Shown in pieces: positions 38,085 through 51,559 of a stretch of 64,000 bases of DNA. The stretch is taken from positions 62,001-126,000 of the forward strand of contig MU057700.1 of assembly GCA_013265495.1 (NCBI GenBank), read 5' to 3'. The position numbers were made by a program, and so were the translations under genes. Position 1 is the first letter of the stretch. Each line of letters begins with the position of its first letter. The stretch is from Vicugna vicugna (lineage: Eukaryota). The notes below the pieces were generated by a model that was not told the origin of the DNA, made no database searches, and saw only the letters and a list, made by a program, of their open reading frames with translations.

Positions 38085-38211
38085 ACAAGCCTCAACTGCC
38101 TCAGCTACAACTGCCAAGTCCCCCGCGTTCCACCCTCCTTTAGGTGCTCAGAGGGACGACAGAGGTGCCAGATGTGAATAAGAGCGGGAGTGTGCAGACT
38201 CGAAGCCCGAG
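38085..38211 (+). other. HNRNPF: Candidate HNRNPF first exon A (non-coding)
   Basis: Donor CCCGAG|GTGAGG at 38212 just downstream of the promoter motif cluster. TSS is approximate. Confidence 0.5.
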
Positions 38212-38289
38212 GTGAGGGGTGGGACGGGCAGCGTGTCCCGAGTCCCGCACCCGCTAACCAACTGGGGACTGCGGCCCCTGGGGGTGAGG

Positions 38290-38645
38290 ACTGAGGAGCT
38301 GAGATTTGGGGTAGGGAGAAGAGAGGTCTGAGGTCAAGGGCCGCACACACGGAGACCGACCGGGGACCGAGGGGCTGAGATTTGAGTAGGGGGTGGGGAG
38401 GTCAGGGAAGTGCGGTCTGGGGTGAAGTGCCACACACCTGGGGTCCAACACGGGACTGGGTTCACTGAGGGGTAGGGTTTGCGGGGCTTGAGATTTAGGG
38501 TCGGGGGAGGTGGGGTCTAAGGTCACGGGCCGCACACCCGGAGACCGCGGAATTGAGATTTGGACTTCGGGGAGGTGGGCTTGAGGTGAAGGGCCTTACA
38601 ATCCGAGACTGGACCGGGAGCTGAGATTTGGGGTTTGGGGAGGCA
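38290..38645 (+). repeat. Degenerate G-rich tandem repeat, about 5 units anchored by TGAGATTT
   Basis: TGAGATTT at 38300, 38376, 38489, 38554 and 38622. The first four are followed by G-tracts and variants of gaggtca-gggccgcacac-cggagacc; the fifth by G-tracts only. Confidence 0.75.
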
Positions 38646-38839
38646 GGGCCCGAAACGAGGAAGGGAAGGAGAGCCTCACGCGGACTTCAGGGGGAGCAGA
38701 ACCCGAGCGCCCCTGCCAGGCGTAGGGTGAGGGCAACGAGCGGCGGTCGGAGAAGTGGCTCATTTAAAAATGAAAGCAGTACTTTCACGTGGCTGGAGGC
38801 GTCCGACAGTTGCACAAGACTGGTTTGAACTGACTCCTC

Positions 38840-38952
38840 CCCCCTCCCACGTTCCCGCCGAACCTCCGCTTTCCGTCTTTGCGGCCTTTTTTCCCCTCTC
38901 CGTGCTGCGTGTGTTCCCTGAGCCTGTCTGCGTTTGACTCCCGCTCTCAGAG
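38840..38952 (+). other. HNRNPF: Candidate HNRNPF first exon B (non-coding)
   Basis: Pyrimidine-rich leader downstream of TATA-like CATTTAAAAA (38761) and an E-box. Weak donor AG|GTATCG at 38953. Confidence 0.35.
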
Positions 38953-40659
38953 GTATCGTGTCGGCATTTTGGTTAAAACTCGGGTTCTCGTCTTTACCTG
39001 CTGTGAGCAGGCTTCTGAGCGAACTTAACCGGCCATTTCTTTTTCCTTGCCCTGTACTTCTTTGATCTTTGAATGTATCTTAGCTGACTACCGACTGAGC
39101 CCGAGAAACTTCTGGACGCTGCCGGCGCTCGTGCGGCGCCCTCTGCCTCCCGGGTTCCCTCGTGGTTCACTGTGGCGCCGGGCGGCCCGGGTGACGCTGC
39201 ACGAGCCGCGGGGACCCGACCGGCCCTGGTCCCGAGACCCTGGTCTTACGGAAACGGTTGGGGGCCGCAGGCTCCTCCCGGTTTTTCTGTACTTAAAGGG
39301 GCTCTCAGAGGACCCCCACAGGTTCCCGCCAGACAACCCCCGGGCATCTGCGTCCCCCAAGACGCCCTTCGCGGCAGTTTCCTTCCCTTTGGGGGTCGGA
39401 GACGCACCAACGTGCTTTACAACTGTTTTTGAGACTCCGGCGGCTCCTGCCTGTCGCTGCGGGTGAGGGGCCCGCGAGCGGCTGTGCTGGGGGGGTGGGG
39501 GGGGCTTGTGGTCGCGGCCGCTTCCCGGAACCGCCAGGGTTGGGGTGGGGTGGCGGAGGGGAGTAGCCCCCACCCCCGACCCCAGAGGTTGGCGGCCGTT
39601 CTCGGATGTTCGGACCCTGGTAGAGCAGGGACAGTTGAAGGCAGCAAATAATCTCTTAGTTAAAAACATCATCGAAACTACCGACCTCATTGTTACTTTT
39701 AGTCACGTCTTTAAAAGTTAACTATGTTTCTGAATTTCTGTTAGGAATGAAAATACCTTGGGTTCTCTGGTTAGACAAAAAAATATATTGGGATCTGTCA
39801 GTGAAAAGTGGTGTTTTCAGTGCTAACTTCTAGACATCTTCATTTTAAAATAAGTAGTTTTGCTTTTAATGAACATTGGGAGAGATTGCTTTATTACTGG
39901 TGTTAAGCAAGGCCATGCTTTGCGTTGGGGATCCTGTATGCATTTCTGTTCATTGATTAGGTATATTTTTATGTTACAGTCTTTTTTTTTTTTTTAGGTT
40001 TTTTAAATTTTAGTAACATTCTTTTTGTACTATTTGCTTTTTGTTACCTTTTTTAAACTGGCATGTGACTGGTTTTCACTTAAGAGTATTGTTACAAAGC
40101 TCCCTTTAAAAAATAACTCAAATAAAAACGTGAATTGATTTAAGGGAAAGGAGTGATTAAATAGGAAGAGAGTTCATTCTTGGATAAAGCCAAAACTGAG
40201 GGAGAGTGGAGACATAGGAATGTCGGTTGGAGTAGATGCCTGGAGGGCCTACAGAAATGGGAGGGGCATCTTTCCACTGTGGTGACTTACCCACCAACCT
40301 CCCCTGTCGCATCTGCACTCTGTCTCTCAGACTCTGTAGAATCCCATTAATTGGCCCTTACTCGATCCAGACACAGCTAGGTGTTTATTACATTTTCTAA
40401 TCACATGCTCATGACCAGCTTATAAGGAGGCATTACTGTTACCATAATATAGATGTGTCCTTAGGGATAAAGCTGGGACTGGGACTCGGGTCTGTCTGAC
40501 AGGGACAGTGTTCTGCCAGGGCCCCTAGCCCTACTTAGTTGCCCTGAACAAGGGTTCTTGTGGAAGATAAAAGGCTGGGCAGAGGGAGAACCAGGCTCAT
40601 CTAAGACCAGCTTGGCTTGTTTTACAGCAAACCCCAGACTTAGTAAGATTTTTATCCAC

Positions 40660-43600
40660 AATTATTTGTATTTCTAAGTAAGGATTTAAGAAAATAATCA
40701 CAATACCATTATCAGACCTAAAAGAATTTGTAATTCCTTGATACCAAATTTCCAGTGTTCAAATGAACCTGATTGTGTAATAAATGTTTTTATATAGCTG
40801 GTTGGTTTGATTTGGGATCCAAGCAAGGTCATTATATATTTGGTAGATATATTGCTCTTAAGTTGTAAGACAGAGCAACCAACATTGTCCAATAGAAATA
40901 ATGCAAGCCACATAGTAATTTTGCATTTTCTAATAAAAAGAAACAGATGTGGTTCACTTTAAGAATTTAGTTTAACATATATATCTAAAATAGATCCAAC
41001 ATATTTCATTATGTAATACAATTTTTTAAATTATATTTTTCATGCTTTTCTTTTTTCAAACTAAGCTTTTAAAATCCAGTGTGTACTTATTTTATAGCAC
41101 ATCTCAATTTGTACCACCCACATTTCAGGTGTAACAATAGGCTTTATTGTGATGATCTAACGTTTCTCTATGCTTAAGATCTTCATTTGTGCAAATCAGG
41201 TTCTGTCATATAGAATTCCTTCCCCACAGGATTTTTCTGAGCACATTCCTGTGGTGGTGTTTGAATCTTTGTCCTATGCATTTCCTGTAAAATGGTAGTT
41301 ACTTCTAAAGGCTGTTCTGATTCCGTTGAGATTCTTTGGGGAAACACTGCATTGGAGGTGCTGTATGCTCCTGCCAGAGGCACATACTGGTTGGTGTTCT
41401 GCCTTTGTGATGTTAGCAGCCATTGATGGTCGTTCTCTAGATCCATTGTTTTGTTAATTAAGTTTCCAAATCAGTTATATTTTAATTAAATATTCCTTCT
41501 CATTTATTAGCAGGAGTACTTTATAGAGAGGAAATTTTCTTTATCATTTGATTACTCTCTGGTGTACTTTATAAAAGACAGTTTAAGTTTTTGATTCCTT
41601 CCTCATATTTATAAATATCTAGTGTAATGAATTGAATCCCTAGCATGTGCCAGAGATAGTAATTTTTCTGGTATCATAAGTTGTGGGTTTTTACATATAG
41701 GATGTGTTTAAATCTATTGCAGCTTTTATTCTCTTTGATGCTCAAATTATCCAATTTTTGGCCAATGGGAGCCCTTCAAATTGGTTCCTGACTTTCTTGA
41801 TACCTCAGTGGGCTTTGGTTTTCTTGGTTTAAGGTATAACACTCCACCAAAGTTTATTCAACTGGACTTCTATTGATGGACAATTGGGTTGTTCTAGTCT
41901 TTCCCTATTAGAACTAGTGCTGCAATGAATAGCCTTCACAAGTGTCTTTTCCCTTTTTGCCCATGGGGGTTGAACTTAGTGTTTACACAAATAGTATCTG
42001 AGAGTCTGCTTATCAGCAACCTCAGCAGGTGAGTTTGTTATCCAACTTCGGTATTTTTGTCAATGTGATGGGTATTTTAAATGTTATTTCATTTAAAATT
42101 TTAATTTATCTTACATGGGTGAAGTTGAGCATCTTTTCGTGTTTAAGGGCATTTCTTTTTCCATCAGCTGTCCGTAACTCTAGCCCAATTTTCCTTCTTG
42201 GATTGTTTGACTTCCTTTTTTTCTTTTTAGAAGCTCTTTAATATATTAAGGATATTAACACCTTGGGAAAATAAATTGCAAGTATCTTTTTTTATCATTG
42301 GTATTTTTGCTTAGCTTACAGTATTTTTAGCCATGCATGAGGGAGGTTTGGGTTGTTTTGTGTATGTGTGTATTTTCCTATATAATGATTGGGTTTTGTT
42401 GTTTGTTATTTTTAATATAATGGGTTTTGAGTCATGGTCAGGAAGGTTTTTCCCTACTTCCAATATATAGTGTAATTCATCTTTTTTTTTATCTTTTGTT
42501 ACTTAGGATATTAGCATTTCTTAAAGAACATGAAAAATTCTTAGCTAACTCATATTTTACCTTTATTATGTCAGTGTGACAGTTCAGTGATTGACTTTGA
42601 AATGATGAACTATAACTGCATTCCTGGAATAAACCCAACTTGGTCATGATGTGTTAAATAGCTTTGTGTATTTCGGATTTGGTTGGCTAATGTTTATTTA
42701 GGGTTTTTTCGTATGAGTTCATGAGTGAAATTAGCCTGTGAAACTTGATAAACTAATTATGAAACTCTTGGAAAATCAATTCCAAGTTTATTGTAGATCA
42801 AAATGTTAAAAAATGTAGATGAAAACAACTTTAGAAGGTTAAAAAAATCCATATGGCCTTGGACTAGGAAAAAGATCTCTTAAACAGGACACAAAAAGCG
42901 GTAATCATTTAAGGGGGGGAAAATGACAAGAATGAAAAAAAATCTAAACTATAGGTTTCCCTGATAGTATGACTTTCATAATAAATATTACAAATTAGTA
43001 TCACAGTCTTTCCTTATAAGTCTATTTATGTTGCAAAAATGGTCCATCATTGTCATCTCCATTCTTCATCTTCCCTTAATTGAGGTCTCTGTTCTGCTTT
43101 ACATGATTATTTGGTTAGATTAGTGCTGTTCAGTAGAATTATGATATGAATTTTTTTTCATTTTTAAATAATAAGATTCACATACCATACATTTCGCCCC
43201 TTTAAAGGGTACAGTTCAGAGGGATTTTGAGGGGGGCGGTTGGGGAGGTTAGTATATTCACGAAGTTGTAAAAACCCATCACCACTGTCTAATTCCAGAA
43301 CATATTCTTACGTTGAAACACCCTTAAGCATTCTTGGGATAAATCCCACTTGGTCATGGTGCATAATCCTTTTTATAGGTTGCTGGTTTCAGTTTGTTAG
43401 TATTTTGTTGAGGAATTTTGCATCTATACTCATAGGGGTTGTTTTGTGCTGTCTGTCTGGTTTTGATATCTACAGGTGTATTAGCTTGTACAGCTGCCAT
43501 AACAAAGTCCTGAAGGCTGAGTAGCTTAAACCACAGAAGTGTGTTGTTTCACAGTTCTGGAGGCTATAAGTCCTGTATTAAGGTGTCCATGGTTCTCTCT

Positions 43601-44470
43601 GCTTATCTGTGTCCAAATTTCCCCTCATAAGTACATTAGTGATATTGGAATATAGCCCATCGTAATTATATCATTTTAAACTTAATTACATCTGTAAAGA
43701 CTATATCCAAATCTGGCCACATTCTGAGGTACCTGGGGGGTTGAGACTTCAATATATGAATTTTGGGGACACTGTACTGGCCTTGTAAAGTAAGTTGGGA
43801 AATGCTTTAATATTTTAATTTAGTATATCTTAATGAGTTCAGTACATCCAAAATATCATTTCAACATATAATCAATACGTTAAAATTGAGAGATTTTATG
43901 TTCTTTTATAATCTTTGAAATTCATTTTATACGTACTAAATTTTATACTTGGCACATCTCGATTTGTGCTTGCCACATTTCACATGCTTAGCAGCCCCAT
44001 GTGGCTAGTGGCTACCATATTTTTATCCTTTGTACCTAACTTGTTCTTTTTCCAAAGCAATTTTTCTCTGTACTTTAAATTTAGGAGTTTTACTAACATA
44101 TGCTTGCCTGGGTTGTGTGTTTTTGAAGCATCTGTTGGGAATTACACAACCGAGTTTATCTTAAGCCAGGAAAGTTTTCTTCCATTCTTGATGTGTTCTC
44201 TTTTGCCTCCATTTTGTGTTTTTCTCTTGGAAATCCTATCATTCACATGTCATTTCTCCTGTCTTACGTAATTATCTTAGTTCTCTGAAGTTCATATCAT
44301 TTTCCCTTTACTGTTTCTTTTTAAAATTTTCTTCTGTTTGGGCTGTTTAGAACACTTGGTTTTCCAAGCCACTATCCTTTCTTTCAATTCATTACTAACT
44401 TTATAAAAATTAAGTTTTTAGCACTGGAAAGTTCTTTATTCTGTAACTGAGTATCTGAAAGTGCTTGTTA
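40660..44470. mobile_element. Intronic patchwork of old L1 fragments, MER33 pieces (about 40878-41140, 43122-44020) and MLT1 (about 43477-43772)
   Basis: tccaatagaaataatgcaagccaca (MER33); tgtattagcttgtacagctgccataacaaa (MLT1); antisense L1 text ataaatcccacttggtcatgg. Confidence 0.65.
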
Positions 44471-47400
44471 TTTTTCCTGTTAAAATAGTTTTGTGTAGTA
44501 CTTTTTCCTCTTATTTATTTATTTAGTTACTTATTGAAGTCTTTGATTCACAGTGTGGTTAGTTTCAGGTGTGTGTGTGTGTGCACTACATCTTGTTCCC
44601 TGAAAACTGCTCTTCTAACCTGCTGTGTGATTTGTGGTATCCTAGTGCTGGAGCACATTGTCATATTCCTTTCCCCCTCTTGGCTCTGTTCTCCACTCCC
44701 CAGGGCAGTGTGCTGTGGTCCCCTGAGCAGGGAGTTAGTTACAGCAGTCTCCACTCTTGTGGCAGCTGCATGGTGACACTAGGTGTCAGCTCTCCACTGA
44801 GTCCCAGGAGGAAGCTCTAGGCCTCAAGAGTGGGCTGAGGGCATGTGCTGCAAAGGTCTCTCTAGAGACCATGAGTGTAACCTACAGGCCTCCCGAGGCC
44901 TCCCGCTCATTCACAGGACAGTTGGTAGAGCTGGTGGTTGGGAGCTATTTTAGCGATTGTATTTTCTTTATCAAAATCCCTCCTTTCCCTCCCCCTACTC
45001 CCAACCTCCTATTTCCTACTATGAGGTGAGCCCAACCAGTTAATATAGATGACGAAGTAGTTCCCTCTGTTGAGAACAGATTTTATCTTTAGCAGTGGAA
45101 GTCTAATAGCAGTGTTTCTTTTTATGAACACCCCACCTGATTTTTTTTTCCTGTTACGTCTTTAGATCTTGATTCTTCAGTCACCTGTAAAATGCAATCA
45201 ATAATATCATAGATCAATGGTTGCCTGTGCTGTTGGCTAAAAATTTGTCCTTTGTGTCAATTTCAATACAGGCATTATAGTTAGAATTTACCTACACTAC
45301 CTATAGTTTACATTACACTATTTTTGCTTTTTAGTTAAGACAGCTTTTGAGAAATGAACACTGAGGAAAACAGTGTAGTATTACCATGAGACTTAGCTAC
45401 AGAAAAATAAACTAAAGAGCCTAAGAGTTAAAAGATAATGGAAAATAGCTTTCCTGTTGCTTACAGATTATGACATATCTTCTTTGTTACTATTACTACA
45501 TTTTTATCCATCACTTAAAATGATGTATTTAACCATCCATCTGTAGCTTCTCTCTTTAATAGACCTTAGGAAGCTTTATGTATTGAACTTGGCATGTTGT
45601 GCAAATTGGGTCAGAGTTCTCACACTTCAGTTGCATGAGCCCCTTGAAAATTTCGGTACAGCTCTGGGGAAGGTGGGGTACACTTTTGAAAAAGCTGATC
45701 AAGACTTGCATCCTATTCTGAGTGAGTCCCTGAGAGCAAAAAAATGTTTTAAGAACCACTCAGTTGGGACTTTATAAAACTACTGGGTTCAAAGAGACTG
45801 GAGTTTTCTAATGGAATTTCCAGTATGACAGTAAAACACCTGTAAACAAATAGGGGTCTGGTCTCTGCTCATATACTGTCCTATGACGGGGAATTGCTTC
45901 TTCTCCAGACCTGTTTGTGCTCTGCAAGTGGAAAACTTGATATGAGCAGCAGATGTGGTATCTAAACTTCCCTTTTGAATTTAATAGAAAAAGATTCACC
46001 ACAAAATAAAAGTATTTTTACAAAGCAGCCAACACCAACATAACCTGACAAAGGGCTACATTTAAAAATAATTTGAACAAGTATCCAGGGGGAAATAAAT
46101 AGGTAATGTACAAAGGAGAAAAAAAGAATAATATGGTCTTCTAAATACTACTTTTAAACCATAGCTTTTTACTAGGGGGAAAAGGTTTTAACATTGTAGC
46201 CCTGCTCATGCTTCTGGTCTGTTTAAATGTCACTTCCTCAGAATCCCAATGTGAGTTAATCCCCATTTTCTAATTTTGGGTTATTTCAGGATTTGTCATC
46301 ATGTTTATTTGTTCCTCTCTTTATTGATTTCCTAGTCCACTGTTCTGTGGACTTAGCACAGGACCTGCATCTTGTCAGTGCACAATATTTCTGGGTTAAT
46401 GAATGACTCTCCAAGTTGGGTAAATTTTATCTACAGCATATCATTCAAATCCTTTCATGTGCTTCAATTTCTACCACAATATTTCTGTTGCACAGTACCA
46501 TCAGTTCTTCCTAAACTTCTCATTTCTTCCCATCTCATCTCCATGCATCTGTTTCCACCATTCATTTTCCAAAGAGCAGCTAGACTGTTCTGGTGAAAAG
46601 CAAAACTCAAATTACACCACATCCCATTTTGAAACAGTTAAGTGACTTCCCATTGGCCTTGGAATAAAGTCCAAAATACTGAACCAGTCCTTCAAGGCTT
46701 TGGAGGTTCTTATTCTGCTTCCCTCCCTTGTTGATCTCAGCCCTGGCTGCTTTCTGTGTTTTCAGGTGCTTTTCTGTCTCGGCATAACGTTCCCCGGTGT
46801 CTTCTGTACATGTTGTTCCTTCAACAGGCGGGAACCCTATCATGACTGATCAATTATTAACACTTACCTAGCCATTGTCACCAGCCAGTTAAGCCAAAGA
46901 GGCATATGTAAAAATACTTAACTGCAGTGAATATATTTAAATAAAATAAGTGAGAAAATGTATGCCAGTTATATAAATTACCCAGAATATATTTCGAAGA
47001 GGATTTTAAAAAGTAAAATGCTTATGAAGCAGTCAAGGTACTCATTTCTGTAGAGACAGTCTTTCCAGAAACAAGCCAATTTTGTGGCTTAATTTTCCTT
47101 CACGTTATTGTTTCATTTTTCTTGAATGTATGAGTTTTTAGTGTCTGTTTTTCACTTTCCATGGGATGGCTGGATTTTGATTCCTATCATCCAGGTTCAG
47201 CAATCACCAGTCATGGCCAGTTTTTCTCTACATCTCCCACCTACTTCCTACTCAGATAATTTTGAAGCACATTCCAGCCATCACACCATTTCACCCACAG
47301 ATATTTCAAAATGTATCTCTAAAAATTAATTCCTTTATTTTTAAACATAACTACAATTTTATCATATCTAATGTTAAGTAAATATAATACTTTACTATCA

Positions 47401-48196
47401 AAATTCTAATCAGTGTTCATTTATCTCCTTGTCTTATAAATGTTAACCAGTTTGAATCAAGATCTAAATATGTCCCATGCATTGTGAATCCTTGATAATT
47501 CTCTTAAGTTTATTTTATTCAGTAAGTGCTCCCTTGGAGCTATTTTGTTGGAGTGGCTGTTGTCCTTTTTTAAGAGTTTCCCACAGTCTGACTTTGCAGA
47601 CCGCATCATCATATTCTCACCTAGTACCATTCCTTTTTTCTGTAAATTCTGTAGTTTTATTTTTAGTAAATAGATTAAGACTTTTTTCTTTTAAAAATAT
47701 TTTTATTCTTAAAAGTGTTAAACATACACAGAAGTAGAGACAAAAGTATGATGAAACTCCATGTACCTATCCCCCAGCTTCAGTAATTACTAAATCCTGG
47801 TCCATGTTTCATCTGCTATCCGACTCCCTCAACTCAGATTTAGAAAGATTCTAGACATCAGATGTTTCTTTAATGACTTAAAAGAATCATAGCGGCATAG
47901 TTACAATTAAATTTTATAACTTCTTAATGTAAATTCAGTCACTGCTATCATTACTCCAATTGCCTTGTAATTGTTTTCCAGTTCATTTGAATTAGAATTC
48001 AAAGGTTCATAATGTGTAATTGCTTGTTAGGTATAAAGTTTAAGAATTGCGTGTTTTAAAATTAGTCTTTTTAGAATTGTGCAAAATACTTACATGGCTC
48101 TGCTCAAATGTACAAAACAAGGTGTACAAAGAGGTTGTTTTCCACCTTTAGTCCATTAGTTTCCATTCTGAATTCTTCCTGTCTTCAGAGATGATT

Positions 48197-48227
<31 letters not shown>

Positions 48228-48419
48228 TAATTTTACTGTGGCTCCTTCCACATAAGTGGTGCCCGTCCACCCCTCCCCTCCGCCCGTACTCTGGACTTTT
48301 CTCCACCCTGGCACCTCTCTTGAGAGCTCACGCAGACCCGTCTTCCTCGTTGCTTTCCTTTCCTCCTCCTCCCACTTCCTGCCTTGGCCGACCGCGCGGG
48401 CCGCGGGCCGCACCTGCAG

Positions 48420-48585
48420 GACGCGTTTCCATTGGTGACATCTTGGCGGGCCCGTCGGTGGCACTTCCTCCTTTACACCCCGTGATCCACGTCCGGCTCG
48501 CCGCCCTCCTAGTCACGCGGCCTCTGCCTCCGGGACGCAGCCCCGCGCGCCGGCCTTCCGGACTCCAGGCCTCGGACCCGTAGTG
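48420..48585 (+). other. HNRNPF: Candidate HNRNPF non-coding exon in the proximal CpG island
   Basis: Donor GTG|GTGAGC at 48586. Possible acceptor cacctgcag| at 48418-48419 after a pyrimidine-rich stretch. The 5' boundary is uncertain and could be a TSS. Confidence 0.45.
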
Positions 48586-48706
48586 GTGAGCCGCCGCGGG
48601 CGGACGACCCCCGTCTGCCCACCCAGCCCCCCGCGGGTCCCGGGAACTTTTCCCCGCCCCCCCCACAGCCGCTCCTACCCCAGGAACTCTTTCTTCCCCC
48701 TTCCCT

Positions 48707-48941
48707 NNNNNNNNNNNNNNNNNNNNNNNNNNNNNNNNNNNNNNNNNNNNNNNNNNNNNNNNNNNNNNNNNNNNNNNNNNNNNNNNNNNNNNNNNNNNNN
48801 NNNNNNNNNNNNNNNNNNNNNNNNNNNNNNNNNNNNNNNNNNNNNNNNNNNNNNNNNNNNNNNNNNNNNNNNNNNNNNNNNNNNNNNNNNNNNNNNNNNN
48901 NNNNNNNNNNNNNNNNNNNNNNNNNNNNNNNNNNNNNNNNN
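48707..48941. other. Assembly gap (235 N)
   Basis: Run of N inside a GC-rich island. Confidence 1.
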
Positions 48942-49797
48942 CGAGGCCCTGGAAGCCTCTTCCCCTCCCCCACCCGTAGCTCGCCCCGCCCCGGAAGCTC
49001 CCGCTGACCCCGCCCAGGCCCGGGGATGGGGCTCCCTGGCGTCGGGCCTTCCTGTAGGGCTAGCTGGGCGGGCTCGAGGCTTTCGTATCCCCGGGTGGAG
49101 GCCGAGCGAGCCGTTTCACCTTGCCAGGCGGCCCAGCCAGAAGCTTGGCGTCCGGGCGCGATACCGAGCTTCCCGCCGAATCGCTCAGACTCGCCCCTGG
49201 CGGCCCGCGGCCGCGAGCTTCAAACCGCACTTTCAGCTCTCGAACGAGGGGTTTGCCCACAGCCAGTTGAGTTTCAATTTCAGGTTAATAACAAAAGGAG
49301 ATGCACCTGGCTTTTGCCCGGAATCCTCTGCGTTTTTAAGCGTCGAGTGGAATTGGGGGTCCTTTCGCTGTAAACCACGCTTGCTTGATGAAAGTAGAAA
49401 ACGGTCCTGCTTTCAGCGGTAAGTCTCAGGGCAAGAGTCAACCGCGTAATCCTGAGGCGGCGTCTCCCGCGGACTATGATTTAAGAGTAGAACTTTCTGA
49501 GTAAGACACCCAGGACAATCCGGCTTGTGTGTGCTGCCGGTTGTAGGTTACAGTTCGTTTACAAGTGAGGACGGAAATGCTTTTCAGGCCTCCCTGGAAC
49601 ACAAATAAAGGAGGGTGAAGTCAGGTCCCGCCGAGTTCCCGTCCCTGAACAAGAAGGTGGGGGTGCAGTTTAGACCGCCCTGTGTACTCCGTTGATAAAC
49701 CTAGTCAGTCGCGCGCTGGAGGCGCACCCTGTTTATCTTGATTGGTCTACCTCGATCTGAACTAAATCCTGTCTAACCAGTATAGTAGAGTGAGGAA

Positions 49798-49940
49798 CAG
49801 CGCGTTCTGGAGAGCCTCCCGGGAGTCCAGGAAACTTGTTAAAAATGCAGAATCTGGGCCCCAGCCCAGATCTATTGTTTTAAAATCTGCATTTTAATAA
49901 GATTCTTGGGTGGTCCGTTTGTGCGCTTCCATTATAGTCC
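49798..49940. mobile_element. MER5-type hAT MITE
   Basis: aaacttgttaaaaatgcagaatctgggccccagcccaga...aatctgcattttaataagattc. Confidence 0.7.
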
Positions 49941-51001
49941 AGTCGTTGGGGTGAGTTGTGCAAAATTAAAATCTTTGGTTGCTTCCCTTTCTGTACGTAC
50001 AGTTGAATCAATCTCCAGGTGCAGGATCCAAGAGCAGTATTTTGTAACACTCCTCCGGCGATTACAGGGTGCAGGCTTGGAGAGGGTGGGGGACCAGTGT
50101 TCTCCCACAGCGTTTCAAATGGGTGTGCGCCACGGTTCAGTCTTGTGGAAATCGGCTTCGGTGCTTCAGGCCGCCCTGGGTGTGCATGTCCTAATAATTA
50201 AGATCGCTAGTAAGCATGGCAGATAACTAAGACAACGGGCTCAGAGAAATTAACTTGAGTTTCTCAATTCTGTGTTTCTAAAACTAAGAATGTGCCTTAT
50301 TTATCAGAGTATCCCCTGGGCTTAAGCACATAACCTAGTCTTTTGGGGACGTCTTTGTCCTGTGGCTGTATGTTATGGTAGTGATTTTCCTGTTAAAGCA
50401 TTATTTCTTTCTCTCCTCCCCATTCCTCCTCAGTTAATTAAAAGATCAGTGTTAGAAATACAAGTCACAAGAAATGAAGTTGTCAGATAAAATTAGGAAA
50501 GAAAGGTCTTTTGAGTATCTCCACCCAATCCTGTAGGGATACTTGTGAATTGTAAATTCTGTTAGATCAGTTTCTAGCAAATAACCTTTCCCTGGAGCCC
50601 ATTCCAGTGAAAATCTGGCCCCATCTCCCCCGTGTCCCGTGCTGGTCTGCGCGGCTTTCCCCGCCCTTGGCTTCTCGGGACCCCTCCGACCTTGCCCAGG
50701 CCCCACCCTGACGGTGCCCCTCCCGCCCTGGATATCGAAATACCTAAATTTCCTTAGCGTGTACGGAACTCCGGTACTGAGAAAACCTCTCAGGGCAAGT
50801 GGGAGTGGCTGTTAACTCTCTGCATTACCCTATGAAAAGGGTAAACCTTTTAGAAACGGGGGGTGTGGCAGGTGTGTACTTTAATTTGAGGCAGCTGCGT
50901 GGTTCCGAGAAGCCCATCCCAGCCGGGGGACTGCTGCCTCTATAGTCACTCTGGGAATGCTGGGGCACTGAGGCAAAATTAACGTTCTCTCTCTTTTTTA
51001 G

Positions 51002-51061
51002 GATAATCCGTTGCCTACTTGGAGTGTCTCTGACTGTGGGCATCTCCCACTGTTCTCTAAG
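51002..51061 (+). other. HNRNPF: HNRNPF 60-nt non-coding 5'UTR exon
   Basis: Strong acceptor ttctctctcttttttag| (AG 51000-51001) and donor AAG|GTGAGC (GT 51062). No ATG inside. Confidence 0.7.
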
Positions 51062-51559
51062 GTGAGCTTTTTTTTTTTTTTAAGTAATTTCTTTATAATT
51101 GATTTTATTGATGCAGAAAGTTTTCTTGAGTGTGAAGTAAAAACTTTTTTTCACTAGCTTTAAATCCAGCTTGAGCCCCAGTGCTCTTAATTTCTGAGTT
51201 TTAGTTCATGTCCTAAGTAATGTAAGTCTGCAAAGAATCCAAATGTAGAGAATTCTGAGGGCAGAAGTGAGGGTATTTATTGCCTTATGTGCAATTAATG
51301 TACAGATACTTGTTTTGGAAAAGTGCTCTTCATCTTGCATTCAGAGAAGAAACCACTTTATTTTTGAAACATTTTCTGGAACAAAGAAACATTTATACTT
51401 TCTGTTCTGTATTGGGCATTTTAAGTAATTCTTACATGAAATAACTGTTCTTTTACACACTTCTTGCTTGTCTTTTTTAATTTAGCTGTGCTGCCATATT
51501 CTAGAGGGTGATGTTGGCCCCACATGGCCATCGGTTAATCTCTTGCTAATCTTAGGCCT

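Larger units (their letters stand above)
37390..39620 (+). promoter_or_regulatory. HNRNPF: Distal CpG-island promoter of HNRNPF
   Basis: CpG-rich. CCAAT 37659-37663, CRE-like TGCGTCA 37682, YY1-like CAATGGCG 37689, ETS CCGGAAGT 37715-37722, GC boxes, RFX X-box-like GTTTCCATGGTGAC 38066-38079, E-box CACGTG about 38786. Confidence 0.8.
48200..50800 (+). promoter_or_regulatory. HNRNPF: Proximal CpG island / alternative promoter region of HNRNPF
   Basis: High GC and CpG density, GC boxes and ETS-like CGGAAG motifs. Donor-like sites at 48586 (GTG|GTGAGC) and 49419 (GCG|GTAAGT). Confidence 0.75.

Noticed and set aside
38290..38645. CRISPR-like repeat/spacer appearance
   Set aside because: Mammalian intron; the 'spacers' are homologous to each other, so this is a degenerate minisatellite.
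37359..39721. Long overlapping ORFs (up to 254 aa) in the distal CpG island, and likewise at 16638-17212 and 48156-49422
   Set aside because: Pro/Arg/Gly-rich products of stop-poor GC-rich DNA. Some span the N gap, and frames are not preserved across the twin promoters.
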